The position numbers were made by a program, and so were the translations under genes. A stretch of 32,000 nt of DNA, from sequence record NC_021796.1, one strand, 5' to 3'. Of this stretch, positions 1 to 9,383 are shown in pieces (position 1 is the first letter of the stretch; each line of letters begins with the position of its first letter). The notes beneath the pieces are model-generated. The model worked only from the letters and a program-made list of their open reading frames with translations. It ran no database searches and was not told where the DNA came from. The stretch comes from Cellulophaga phage phi38:1.

Positions 1-5
1 CTTTT

Positions 6-656
6 TTAAATCTGTATTAAGGACTCTAGAGCCTTGAATACTTTGTAGTGGTCTGAGATATCTTCTGCCACCTTTATTAACCGACCTTTAACGGCGTCTA
101 CCGCCTCTCTAGATACATCTTGGTCTATTGTTACCACAGACCCGCCTAAAGTTAACTGCTCTCCTTTAAAAGGGTTACCATTTCTTTCTATAAGCTCTAC
201 CCAACCTTTAAGGGGAAGTACTCCCGTCTCTTGTTCTATAGCGCCTGCATAGATAGTTACTTGGTCGTAGTCAGAGTCTTGATAAACTTCTTCTTTGTCG
301 AGGGCCCCAGTTTTATAATCGATAATTGTAGTTACTACGCCACCTTTATTATCGTTTGTATCAATGTAACCAAGTACTCCGAAGTCTCCTAAGTCAAATA
401 ATATCTTTCTTTCAAACTCATCTAACCTAGTTACGCTACTAAGCAATCTTACTTCGTGCGGCTCAAATCCGTCAAAGTTATCATTCTCTAAAGCTTCTCC
501 AATCATGCTACCGAACTCGGTGTATGCATTACCTTCAAACTTTTCTCCTAGGAAGTAAGACTTTATATAATCTTTCTTACTCCCTTTCCATTTACTATAC
601 TGACTGTAAGATAGGTAACTCTTACCCGTCTCGTCTTTTTTTGGTAGTTCTATCAT
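6..656 (-). CDS. PD-(D/E)XK superfamily nuclease (RecB/Cas4-like)
   Basis: ORF track 216 aa; contains GYIDTNDN...TTIIDYKTG followed by QVTIYAGAI, the D...DYKTG catalytic pattern of the RecB/Cas4-like nuclease fold. Confidence 0.75.
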   Translation of the reverse strand: MIELPKKDETGKSYLSYSQYSKWKGSKKDYIKSYFLGEKFEGNAYTEFGSMIGEALENDNFDGFEPHEVRLLSSVTRLDEFERKILFDLGDFGVLGYIDTNDNKGGVVTTIIDYKTGALDKEEVYQDSDYDQVTIYAGAIEQETGVLPLKGWVELIERNGNPFKGEQLTLGGSVVTIDQDVSREAVDAVKGRLIKVAEDISDHYKVFKALESLIQI

Positions 657-1132
657 TAAATAACTTTTTTTGATATTAAGTCCACCTCCGTTGGCGACTC
701 TCCGTCATTTAACCCCATTATTAAATCGTCACCTATGTGAGACCTAACACTAAAGTCTACTAGAATCCCCCAAATGAAGATACTAAAATCCGAAAATAAT
801 TTAGTTTGTGCCCTAGACCCCTTGTTATTGGAGTAGGCACTTGAATTACAACTTGCTACACTTTCTTTTATTCGAATTAAAGACTCTTCACTTAGGAAGA
901 CATCTAGTCTTAATTGCTCTGGCTTCTTCCCCAAAAAGCTTTTACTTAGCGTGGGGGAATGTGCTGCAGAGTATTTCAACTTCCTCTCTACATACATAGG
1001 TATAATCTCCTCTAGCCCCTCTACACTAATGTCAGTATCTCTAGTGAAGACATATCCTAATCTTTCTATCCTATCTTTTATAGAGTTTACGACCTCTATT
1101 TGCCTGTCCTCTGCTTCTTTATCTCCTAACAT
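656..1132 (-). CDS. hypothetical protein
   Basis: 158 aa ORF overlapping the adjacent nuclease by 1 nt (translationally coupled layout). Confidence 0.6.
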   Translation of the reverse strand: MLGDKEAEDRQIEVVNSIKDRIERLGYVFTRDTDISVEGLEEIIPMYVERKLKYSAAHSPTLSKSFLGKKPEQLRLDVFLSEESLIRIKESVASCNSSAYSNNKGSRAQTKLFSDFSIFIWGILVDFSVRSHIGDDLIMGLNDGESPTEVDLISKKVI

Positions 1133-1133
1133 A

Positions 1134-1307
1134 CTACTTAAGTTTAGTGAAATTCTTTCTCTCTCCCTCTACGTCTGGGTAGTCTTCTACATTTTGCTCA
1201 ATCCTGTATGACCTTACCTCAGATTCCCATTTTCCAGACTTAGCGTCGTATACTTCTACGTAGTATTTGTATTGGCCTTCCCCCGTCTCTCTATCTACTC
1301 TACCCAT
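1134..1307 (-). CDS. hypothetical small protein (57 aa, MGRVDRETGEGQYKYYVEVYDAKSGKWESEVRSYRIEQNVEDYPDVEGERKNFTKLK)
   Basis: Read by hand from the sequence; fills the gap between neighbours, ATG overlaps the upstream gene end. Confidence 0.6.
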   Translation of the reverse strand: MGRVDRETGEGQYKYYVEVYDAKSGKWESEVRSYRIEQNVEDYPDVEGERKNFTKLK

Positions 1308-2202
1308 TGGCTATTCTCTTTATGTCTTTTTTAGTTATGTAAGTTACCTTACCTTTTGCTTTTGTTGGTATAGCGTTAAGTATCTCTATAGCGGCAGCCT
1401 TATCTTTATCGTTAAAAGTGGCCAACGTCTCTATAAGCTTAGCTTCTACCTCTTCGTTGTACTCGCCACCTTCGTAAAGGTAAGTCAATACACCTTTCTT
1501 CTCTGCCTCAGGGTCTCCCTCTTGGTTGGCCAATGGCAGAGAGTCTTCTTGCCTAAGGGCTGTAACTACATCTACAACCGCCTTAACATCTTTCTCACAG
1601 TACTCGATTATTTCATCTAACCTACCTTCGTAGAATGCCTTACCTACATCTGCCCCACTAATTCCATCTTTAGGGGAATCTAGACCTAGTACAGAAGTAA
1701 GTGACAATAGAGTAGGGTACTTAAATCCGCTATTTTTCCAAAGTACTGCCGTATCTAAGTGAGACATCTCCCAAGGCTTCAAGTGAGCCGTATCGAATAT
1801 TTCAAGTGGTAGTATTCTGTTAACTAGGCATCTCCTCATAATGTAAGGAGCGTCAAATCCAGTTACAACGTGCCCACATAAGTAGGTCTTATTGTTAATT
1901 AATCCAGATACCACTTCGTTGAACTCTTTAAGTAATTCGGCCTCTTCTCCGCTAAAGGTCTTCAACCATACTTCACCGTTTCTAACTACACCTATAGTAA
2001 TACATGCAATAATCCCAAACTCAGCCTCTAGTCCGGCCTTATCGTAGAAAGAGTTTTTTACATCCTCTATGCCGTTCTTAATACAGTAATACTCCCAAGC
2101 ATCCCACATGTGGTGATCTTCATTGAAGTCGTTGGTACAAGGTACTGTCTCTATATCCAAGAAGAGTAAGTCTTCTAAATTTTGTTTCTTTAATAGTCTC
2201 AT
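1300..2202 (-). CDS. 3'-5' exonuclease, DnaQ-like / DEDD superfamily
   Basis: 300 aa; LLFLDIETVPC (motif I), HVVTGFDAPYIMRRC (motif II), YCEKDVKAVVDV (motif III). Confidence 0.85.
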   Translation of the reverse strand: MRLLKKQNLEDLLFLDIETVPCTNDFNEDHHMWDAWEYYCIKNGIEDVKNSFYDKAGLEAEFGIIACITIGVVRNGEVWLKTFSGEEAELLKEFNEVVSGLINNKTYLCGHVVTGFDAPYIMRRCLVNRILPLEIFDTAHLKPWEMSHLDTAVLWKNSGFKYPTLLSLTSVLGLDSPKDGISGADVGKAFYEGRLDEIIEYCEKDVKAVVDVVTALRQEDSLPLANQEGDPEAEKKGVLTYLYEGGEYNEEVEAKLIETLATFNDKDKAAAIEILNAIPTKAKGKVTYITKKDIKRIANG

Positions 2203-2216
2203 ATAATATTATTAAA

Positions 2217-2240
2217 CCCCCTCAGGATTTTCCAAGGGGG
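2217..2240 (-). terminator. Candidate rho-independent terminator downstream of groEL-like gene
   Basis: Minus strand CCCCCT TGGA AAA TCC TG AGGGGG followed by TTTAAT; 6-bp GC outer stem between the GroEL stop codon and the next gene. Confidence 0.65.
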
Positions 2241-2250
2241 CTAGGTTAAT

Positions 2251-3816
2251 TTACTGGTTAAACACAACCACCGCTTCTGTGGTCAAGAATGTACCTACTA
2301 CTGAGGCAGCGTTCTCTAAAGCACATCTAGTAACCTTAACTGGGTCAATAATACCTGCCTCAATCATATCAACTAGGTCGCCACTTCTGACATCTACACC
2401 TATTCCTTTAGCAATGTGAGGCTTGTACTCAATTCCGGCATTATTAAGAATAGCCTCTATAGGTGCAATTGCCGACTCTAATACAGAGAGGTATCCAAGA
2501 GAGAATGCGTCTTCTAAGTCTTCGCTTTTATAAGCTCCAAGAACTTCTGCAGATGCATTTGCTAAAGCAACTCCTCCACCTGAAACAATTCCTTCTTCTA
2601 GGGCAGACCTTGTAGCATTAATACTATCCTCTACTCTATCTTGCTTCTCCTTCAACTCACTATCGGACTTTGCCCCTACATAAATAGTAGCTACGCCTCC
2701 TGTTATTCTAGATAACCTTTCTTGAAGGTCTTTCTTATCGAAAGTGTTTTCGGTGATTTTAATCTTCTTTTTAATCTCCTCGATAAGGTCAGATAAGTTA
2801 TCGCTATCTCCTACTAATAAGGTATCTCTGTCAGACATTACTGCCCTTTTAAGTTTGCCTAGTACTCCGGTAGATAATTTAACTCCCTCTACTTCTGAAA
2901 CAACCTTCGCTCCAGTAAGTGTTGCAATATCTCCTAAAAGATCTCTTTCAATCTTAAGAATCTGTGGAGACTTAACTACGCAAATCCTTCCTTTAAGAGG
3001 CCCGTTTGAGTTCTCTACTAAGTTACCTAATGTAACTGGGTCAATATCGTCTGTTATAATCAATAACTTGTTCTTAACAGAGGAGAATACTTGCTTTAGG
3101 AAGTTTGCAGTAACGTCTCCCTTCTCTAACTTACCCTTGTGAAGTAATACAAAAGTGTCCTCTAGCTCACAAACGTCTGTAAGGTTATTAGTCACAAATC
3201 TTGGGTGGTAATACCCTCTATCGAGTACAACACCGTTACGCATCTCTACATAACTTTCCGCTGTATCGGACACTGACGAAATAACTGTACCATTCTCACC
3301 TATCTTACTAAATGCCTTAGATACAATTTCTCCTATAACCTTATCTCCGTTTGCAGAGATAGTAGCGACACTCTTTAAGTTCTTTTTAGAAACTTTAGTA
3401 GAGTTGTTCCTCAACGTTTTAACCAAGTCTTCTACAGCCTTGTCTAGGCCTTTCTTGTACTCTGTTACCGACATATTACTGTCTTCCTTAAGCACTTTAA
3501 AACCTACATTAAATAAGTCTTGAGCTATTACTGTAGCGGTGGTTGTTCCATCACCTGCTTGTGAATTAGCTCTACTTGCAGCCTCCTTAATCATAGACGC
3601 CCCTATATTCTCGAAAGGGTCTTTAGGGGTTACAGTCCTAGCTACAGAGACTCCATCTTTAGTTACAGTATAAACTAATTGTCCATCTTTATTTGCAGGA
3701 ATGATTACATTGCGTCCAGACGCACCGAGAGTTACCTTAACGGCATCTGCAACAGTATCTACCCCTCTTTTAAGCGCCTCTCTTGAATCTAATCCGAACT
3801 TAATTGTTGTACTCAT
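2251..3816 (-). CDS. groEL: GroEL-type (group I) chaperonin
   Basis: 521 aa; VTLGASGRNVI, TKDGVSVARTV, QAGDGTTTATVIAQ, EEGIVSGGGVALANA are group I chaperonin signatures. Confidence 0.97.
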   Translation of the reverse strand: MSTTIKFGLDSREALKRGVDTVADAVKVTLGASGRNVIIPANKDGQLVYTVTKDGVSVARTVTPKDPFENIGASMIKEAASRANSQAGDGTTTATVIAQDLFNVGFKVLKEDSNMSVTEYKKGLDKAVEDLVKTLRNNSTKVSKKNLKSVATISANGDKVIGEIVSKAFSKIGENGTVISSVSDTAESYVEMRNGVVLDRGYYHPRFVTNNLTDVCELEDTFVLLHKGKLEKGDVTANFLKQVFSSVKNKLLIITDDIDPVTLGNLVENSNGPLKGRICVVKSPQILKIERDLLGDIATLTGAKVVSEVEGVKLSTGVLGKLKRAVMSDRDTLLVGDSDNLSDLIEEIKKKIKITENTFDKKDLQERLSRITGGVATIYVGAKSDSELKEKQDRVEDSINATRSALEEGIVSGGGVALANASAEVLGAYKSEDLEDAFSLGYLSVLESAIAPIEAILNNAGIEYKPHIAKGIGVDVRSGDLVDMIEAGIIDPVKVTRCALENAASVVGTFLTTEAVVVFNQ

Positions 3817-3824
3817 ATGTATTT

Positions 3825-4097
3825 CTAATTTAAAATTTTAACTTCTAGTCTTGTGTTTTTGTACCCTTGCCTAACTACCTTCTCTGTTTTTAAGAAGTGG
3901 AAAGGCCCGTACTTAGTTATTACTATTTGGCGGCCCTTCTTGTTAGAAAATGGCCTTGAAGAGGAGGTACCTGAGTCTATTCTCCTTTGTCTTCTATTAG
4001 GCCCTAAAGATCGGTATCCAAAGAGTATTTCATTAATTAAGTTTCCTTCTCCGTCGTATGCCTTTGTGTATGGCGTATTTAATCTGATTCCTTTCAT
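3825..4097 (-). CDS. hypothetical protein, lies between GroES and GroEL genes
   Basis: 90 aa ORF, overlaps neither gene; tight spacing. Confidence 0.6.
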   Translation of the reverse strand: MKGIRLNTPYTKAYDGEGNLINEILFGYRSLGPNRRQRRIDSGTSSSRPFSNKKGRQIVITKYGPFHFLKTEKVVRQGYKNTRLEVKILN

Positions 4098-4098
4098 A

Positions 4099-4374
4099 TT
4101 ATAATATAGCTACTATGTTTGCTATCGGTATGATATAATGGTCTTTATCCTCATACTGACACTTTCCTTTTTCTCTTGGCCTCACGTAAAAAACTTTATC
4201 CCCGACCTCTGGAATATTTACGAACTCCCCCTTACTCTTTAGCTCCTCAGATACCATGACAACTACCGCAGAGGGTATATTGTCATCATCTGGTCTAAAT
4301 GTCATACCAGAACCTTCGTCCACAGTATTTTCTTTGTAAGGCTTAATCATTATTCTGTCTCCTAGTATCTTCAT
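4099..4374 (-). CDS. groES: GroES-like co-chaperonin
   Basis: 91 aa; MKILGDRIMIKPYK..., PEVGDKVFYVRP, YIIPIANIVAIL match the Cpn10 layout; adjacent to GroEL. Confidence 0.87.
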   Translation of the reverse strand: MKILGDRIMIKPYKENTVDEGSGMTFRPDDDNIPSAVVVMVSEELKSKGEFVNIPEVGDKVFYVRPREKGKCQYEDKDHYIIPIANIVAIL

Positions 4375-4375
4375 A

Positions 4376-4618
4376 TTAGTCTATAATTGTCTCCATTTTA
4401 ATTACTCCCTCTCTGCCTGCTACTGGCATATCTCTGTCTACCTTTGGTGCCGGTACAGTCACAGGATCCTTAACCATCATTTTAGACGCCTCCGCAGTTT
4501 GAATAGTTACTGCAACGTTGTTTATAGCCGAGGCTATTGTTAATACCTCGTTTACGTTGTAGACTCCCGCCTCTGTTGCCTTGTTGAAGGCTGCGTTAAT
4601 AACTTCTAAATTCTTCAT
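4376..4618 (-). CDS. hypothetical protein
   Basis: 80 aa ORF. Confidence 0.55.
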   Translation of the reverse strand: MKNLEVINAAFNKATEAGVYNVNEVLTIASAINNVAVTIQTAEASKMMVKDPVTVPAPKVDRDMPVAGREGVIKMETIID

Positions 4619-4627
4619 ATGTTTGTT

Positions 4628-5608
4628 TTAAGATGGTATACTTACCGTTATATGTCTTCTTTCGTCTACTGACAATGCTCCTTTTCTACTTCTACCCCAA
4701 GATTGGCAATTGTTACATTGATACGCTCTATAGGCATTAACTGTAGTCTTGTATTCACTACCCCAAAATAGGTTATCGCTTCCACAAGTAGCACAAACCT
4801 CAACGTCGCTTGCAATATGTAATCCTACATTAGGATGAGGTTGAATGTACGGCCTTAGTTTAAGGTAAACCTCTTCTAAAACTCTCACATCTTGGTCACA
4901 GTATAACTGCATTGCTTTTAAAGCTTTCTCGTCACCCACAACACACCTGTTCCACAGATCTGTCTCTGTTCTAATCTTACCCTCTATTCCGAAGAAGTTT
5001 TTAGCTATGTAATCAAGTCTGTTAGATGTAATAGCAAAAGATCTTCTTGCATGCAGTAAAGTGTCAATACCTTTGTATGGAGAAGGTAAACCTAGTTCGT
5101 GTTGTAAAAACCTAGTGTTAGCTTTCTTTCTATCGAACTTATTTAAGTTGTGGGCAATTACAATATCAGCCTCATCCAACATATTCCATAATCCTATAGA
5201 AATCCTCTTATCGTCTCCTTTAAGAACCTCTTCTTTAGTTTGGCACATAGAGTAAATCTTGTCATCAAACAACCACTTACCGCTCCAACAAATCATAAAC
5301 CAATCTCTCACTATCATATTGTCTCCAATATTCACCCCCCATTTCTGGAACGATCGAACCTCCATTGCTGCCGTCTCTATATCGAAACATAGTATTTTTG
5401 CAGGTGAGGTATTCTTGATAGAAGAAACGTTTAATTTCTTAGCCCAATTACGAATAGTCCTTTCTGTTACTCCATGTTCAGATGCCAGTACTTCCTGAGC
5501 TTCTGCCCTAGTCATAGGATCCTTATCGTCGTCTGCTCTCCAATACAGCCCTTTAATAACTTTCTTCTCTACTTCCGTTAAATCTTTATATAATATCGCC
5601 ATGGACAA
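4628..5608 (-). CDS. DEDD 3'-5' exonuclease-like protein with N-terminal HTH and C-terminal zinc ribbon
   Basis: 326 aa; N-term ...ASEHGVTERTIRNWAKKL (HTH), KILCFDIETAAM, IVIAHNLNKFDRKKANTRF, YCDQDVRVLEEVY, then CATCGSDN...YQCNNCQSWGR. Confidence 0.82.
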   Translation of the reverse strand: MSMAILYKDLTEVEKKVIKGLYWRADDDKDPMTRAEAQEVLASEHGVTERTIRNWAKKLNVSSIKNTSPAKILCFDIETAAMEVRSFQKWGVNIGDNMIVRDWFMICWSGKWLFDDKIYSMCQTKEEVLKGDDKRISIGLWNMLDEADIVIAHNLNKFDRKKANTRFLQHELGLPSPYKGIDTLLHARRSFAITSNRLDYIAKNFFGIEGKIRTETDLWNRCVVGDEKALKAMQLYCDQDVRVLEEVYLKLRPYIQPHPNVGLHIASDVEVCATCGSDNLFWGSEYKTTVNAYRAYQCNNCQSWGRSRKGALSVDERRHITVSIPS

Positions 5609-5780
5609 TCTGATCTTTTAATATGTTAAGCCCTTTTCTAAGGGATTCTATACCCTCTAGGGCTTCTACCCTATTTTTTTCAACCAACGAGTCTCTTAGC
5701 TCTACGCAAGATTGCCTTAGGTCAGTTGTTTGATGGTTGATAGACCGTATACGGGGGCTATCTAAACTCTCTCTAATCAT
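5586..5780 (-). CDS. hypothetical small protein
   Basis: 64 aa ORF overlapping neighbours slightly. Confidence 0.5.
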   Translation of the reverse strand: MIRESLDSPRIRSINHQTTDLRQSCVELRDSLVEKNRVEALEGIESLRKGLNILKDQIVHGDII

Positions 5781-6247
5781 AAATTCTTAATTAAGGTTAT
5801 TGTTTCTTTACAATCTTCTAAATTTCTAGGCATAAAAAGAACTGTGTTTAGTTTGTAATCGACTAGATACTTCTTGAATAGCCTCCAAGTCCTAGGGAAG
5901 TCGGGGAAAGATCTCCCCTTTACTTCTATAAGCCAAGTTAATGGCTTTCCTACTGGCGGAGTAAAGTCAGGGGTGTAGATGGCATCTGTATATACCTTAC
6001 CTCCTCTGTTTTTGTAGACCCCGTTACCATTCATAAACTTCTCATAAGAAATATTAGGAGATGTAAATGCCGCATCTATATTAAACTTCTGTTCTTCATA
6101 AGCAAACGGAATATCGTTTTTTTGTAACAATCGATACATCATCATCTCCAACCTAGACCGGAAAGTTATGCCATCGTACACTATTTTTTTAGCGTTCGTT
6201 TGCCTATTATAGCCTCTAGCTGTTTTAGGTTTAGCTTTTTTCTTCAT
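5777..6247 (-). CDS. DUF1064-like / PD-(D/E)XK phage endonuclease
   Basis: 156 aa; GITFRSRLEMMMYRLL, EEQKFNI, YTPDFTP, TWLIEVKGR - layout of the DUF1064 / resolvase-like nuclease family. Confidence 0.7.
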   Translation of the reverse strand: MKKKAKPKTARGYNRQTNAKKIVYDGITFRSRLEMMMYRLLQKNDIPFAYEEQKFNIDAAFTSPNISYEKFMNGNGVYKNRGGKVYTDAIYTPDFTPPVGKPLTWLIEVKGRSFPDFPRTWRLFKKYLVDYKLNTVLFMPRNLEDCKETITLIKNL

Positions 6248-6310
6248 ACTCTGTAAATATATAGCTTTTTTCCTTTGTTTACAAGGATTTAGTTAATTAT
6301 TTTTACTTTT

Positions 6311-8209
6311 TTAGTGAACATCTGCATAATTATCTCCAAATTGTACGTCAACAGAAATTTTTATGTTTAGTTTAAGTAGTTCATTAACTTTATCCATAGC
6401 TTCGTCTATAATAATCTTCACTTCTTCCCTCCTACCTTTCTCTACAGAAACTACCATTTCATCATGGTACTGCAAGAATGGGGAAAGGCCCTCTAAGGTT
6501 ATGTACTTTAACCAAACATCAAAGATGTAAGCACCTGTACCTTGATTAAGCGTTGAGAATATATCTTTTTCAGACCTAACCGAGTACCAGAAGTTACTAA
6601 CCGGGTTTAGTAACCACATTTGATCTCCTATAGTCTTAACTTTTATATCTCTTGGCAATTGTTTTATACTCCAATTTCTCTCCCAGTAGGCCTCAATAAG
6701 AACTTTTGCTTCTTGTGTGCTCATACCAATAGCTTCTCCAAGCTTCTCTGCTCCAATTCCGTAAATACACCCGTAGTTGGCCATCTTATAGCCATCTCGT
6801 ATAGGTTTAAGTAGGGTTTTAGTAGCTTTATCACCACTCTTATACAAGTCTAATTGTTCTTGGGTAATTGCGCCTGCCCTTAATGCCAAATCTAAGTGTG
6901 GATCGAAACCTTCTGACATCTGTTCTATAACATAGTCAGGGTCGTAGTTAAACATATAGTGCCTTTTGGTGTTATCCTCTAAGGAAACTATATCCGAACC
7001 ACACAGTTCTTGGCCCTCTTTAGCAATAATACATTCTCTGATTATTTGACCGTCTCTAAGGTTAGCTTCTACAGCCTCGGCCTTAGTCATCCCGCCTTTT
7101 ATGGCTTCGTGTATAGCTCCTGTAACCCCCGGTAGATTCACAATAGGCTTAGAGTGTCTAAGTCTTAATGTGTTGGTTAGTCCGGCAGCACTGGCTATGG
7201 TCATTCCATTCTCGTCAGAGCATTCTTGTAAAGATCTAAGTAAAGCAAGTCTGTGATTTATCACAGTAAGGCCATCCAAGTAAAGTATAGCAGGCTCTTT
7301 ATCACTTAGCTCTAATATACTCTCGCATAACTCCCTGTCTTTATTTCTAATCTGAGGTACTGGCCCGTTGGCCCCGTCATTAAATATCTTAGGCTCCCAA
7401 CCTATACTAAACAGCCAATCCTTAAGCTGAGTAGTGGAGCTAGGATTTGCAGGAGCTCTAACCTCCTCTGTTGTTGGGGGAAGGCCATTATCTTTTAAGT
7501 ACTGAAACCACTTAATAGCATTTGCAGAGGGTTGCCTATTCTTTTTAAACATTACCTTAGGCTTAGTTTTAATTATAGCCCCCTCAGGCATAGCTCTTAT
7601 AAGCATTTCCTCCTTTTCTAAAAGCATAGGCTCTAGGATATCTATATTCTCCTTAACCTTATCTAAGTCCACTCTACACATCTCAGATTGTTGAGTGACT
7701 AAGCAATCCATCTTAAACATCAAGTATTTTATAAACTCGAAGGCCGCTTCGGAAGAACCGTACAACTCCATTAACTTAGAGATCAACTCTTCCCAAAGTT
7801 TTATGTTTATCTTTACATCCTCTTGGCATCTGTTCTCATAATCCTCATAAGTAAGTCCTTCCCAATCCTCTATTTTAGGTTTAGGTATACCGTACTCTAC
7901 TCCAAACTGTGCTAACCCGAAGCTAGCTTTTCTCGTTGGAAATAAGTACCAAGCCAATGCCAAGGTGTCTATTACGAAGGCTTTTATTTTGAACCCTAAC
8001 AATCTCTCTAACTCTACCGAATCGAACAATTTAAAGAAGTGGCCGACTATGAAATTATCCTCGTCTTCCATTATACTTTTTATCTTATCCGGATCTTTGG
8101 TAGAAATTACCTGCCAGTCTCCATCTTCGTCTTGGTAACCTACAGATACTACGTGTAATTTAGTGGATTTAAGTCCGTCTGTTTCTATATCAACTACGTA
8201 TGTTGCCAT
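6311..8209 (-). CDS. DNA polymerase I-like, family A, with 3'-5' exonuclease domain
   Basis: 632 aa; YVVDIETDGL (exo I), VGHFFKLFDSVEL (exo II), YKMANYGCIYG (motif B), LQYHDEMVVSV (motif C). Confidence 0.94.
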   Translation of the reverse strand: MATYVVDIETDGLKSTKLHVVSVGYQDEDGDWQVISTKDPDKIKSIMEDEDNFIVGHFFKLFDSVELERLLGFKIKAFVIDTLALAWYLFPTRKASFGLAQFGVEYGIPKPKIEDWEGLTYEDYENRCQEDVKINIKLWEELISKLMELYGSSEAAFEFIKYLMFKMDCLVTQQSEMCRVDLDKVKENIDILEPMLLEKEEMLIRAMPEGAIIKTKPKVMFKKNRQPSANAIKWFQYLKDNGLPPTTEEVRAPANPSSTTQLKDWLFSIGWEPKIFNDGANGPVPQIRNKDRELCESILELSDKEPAILYLDGLTVINHRLALLRSLQECSDENGMTIASAAGLTNTLRLRHSKPIVNLPGVTGAIHEAIKGGMTKAEAVEANLRDGQIIRECIIAKEGQELCGSDIVSLEDNTKRHYMFNYDPDYVIEQMSEGFDPHLDLALRAGAITQEQLDLYKSGDKATKTLLKPIRDGYKMANYGCIYGIGAEKLGEAIGMSTQEAKVLIEAYWERNWSIKQLPRDIKVKTIGDQMWLLNPVSNFWYSVRSEKDIFSTLNQGTGAYIFDVWLKYITLEGLSPFLQYHDEMVVSVEKGRREEVKIIIDEAMDKVNELLKLNIKISVDVQFGDNYADVH

Positions 8210-8445
8210 TAGTATTCTCCTTTAAGTGAGTTGAGGTTTATAGGCAATCCTCCATGCCGCATAGAATAATCTATGTCTCTCTCATTAGAGACGCAAATGG
8301 CCTTAATGTCTTTGTGCTTAAACCCGTGCTCCTCTGATAGAAGTAGAAAATCTTCGGCCTCTAATACGTGACCCGAGTCTATAGATACACCGTCCAAATA
8401 AACAGTGTACCAGTCATCTAAGTAAAGTATCTTAACTCTGTGCAT
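8209..8445 (-). CDS. hypothetical protein
   Basis: 78 aa ORF, 1-nt overlap with polymerase gene. Confidence 0.55.
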   Translation of the reverse strand: MHRVKILYLDDWYTVYLDGVSIDSGHVLEAEDFLLLSEEHGFKHKDIKAICVSNERDIDYSMRHGGLPINLNSLKGEY

Positions 8446-8447
8446 AA

Positions 8448-9377
8448 TTAAATTATATCGTTTATGTTAGTAATCCTTTTAAATCCTACGTCGTACTTAC
8501 GGTTATGGCTCTTATCCATTAAGAAACAGCAAATACCTGCGTTATTAAGTGCTTTAAAGTTTGCGAACGAATCGTCTACGAACACTTCAATACCTTCTCT
8601 CTTGGCAATATCTACTTTAGAAACCCCCGGACGAACTGTGTATACAGGTCTAGCAGGGAATCCATGCATGTCTAACCATCTCTCTGTAATCTTAGAGTCG
8701 ATCGGCCTAGAGGTTATGTAACAATGTACATCAAAGCTTATATCCTTAGGGTCTACTAAAGGTTTAATATCCATGAAGAAAGAGTTCAATACTCCGTCTG
8801 ACTCCATTTTACTAAAGATATCCATTAACTCCCTATCGAAGTACCAATCTTTTGGGTGTGCATCTGAACCCCTTAATTCAGTCCAAGCTCCTAGCCAATC
8901 GGCTAGTACTTCATCTATATCCAATCCTATCTTAACGTTCTCCAAGTATCCATGGGCCCTGTCATCCCCTTGTGGATAAATCTTGTAGTATGCCGATAAG
9001 AAGTGGGCGTTGCATTGTAAGTGATTTATGTGAAGCTCTCCCGTTTCTGGGTCGTAGTCCTCTCCATTCTTAAATGCTGCCCAATGTCGATCTAGAGACT
9101 GAATTACATCGCTCCATTTCATACCCCTTTCCCAATTCCTAGGGGCATACTTCTCTGCTCCCTTAGTTAGAACTTTTACTAACCCCTCGGTTGCAACTGG
9201 ATGCTGTAGGTCGTACCTCAATTTTCCACTGTTGTACCTGAGGCCTCCTCCCTTTCCCTCAGAAGCAGTTCTAGCTACTTTTTCTGCATCTTCTTGAGGC
9301 TTTACTATAGTTATTTCCAAACCTTCAAAAAGGTCGTCTTCCATCATGTCTTCAAATTTCTTTACGCTATCTCCCAT
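8448..9377 (-). CDS. Fusion of dATP/dGTP diphosphohydrolase-like domain (DUF5664-like) and HAD-family 5'(3')-deoxyribonucleotidase-like domain
   Basis: 309 aa; GGLRYNSGKLRYDL...GAEKYAPRNWERGMKWSDVIQSLDRHWAAFKNGEDYDPETGELHINHLQCNAHFL, then VKIGLDIDEVLADWLGAW and VFVDDSFANFKAL. Confidence 0.72.
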   Translation of the reverse strand: MGDSVKKFEDMMEDDLFEGLEITIVKPQEDAEKVARTASEGKGGGLRYNSGKLRYDLQHPVATEGLVKVLTKGAEKYAPRNWERGMKWSDVIQSLDRHWAAFKNGEDYDPETGELHINHLQCNAHFLSAYYKIYPQGDDRAHGYLENVKIGLDIDEVLADWLGAWTELRGSDAHPKDWYFDRELMDIFSKMESDGVLNSFFMDIKPLVDPKDISFDVHCYITSRPIDSKITERWLDMHGFPARPVYTVRPGVSKVDIAKREGIEVFVDDSFANFKALNNAGICCFLMDKSHNRKYDVGFKRITNINDII

Positions 9378-9383
9378 ATTATC

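Noticed and set aside
951-1620. Plus-strand ORFs at 951-1211 and 1267-1620
   Set aside because: Antisense to well-packed minus-strand genes, low-complexity hydrophobic translations typical of reverse-complement reading.
2744-4104. Plus-strand ORFs 2744-3142 and 3853-4104
   Set aside because: Antisense to groEL and its neighbour; no coding signature.
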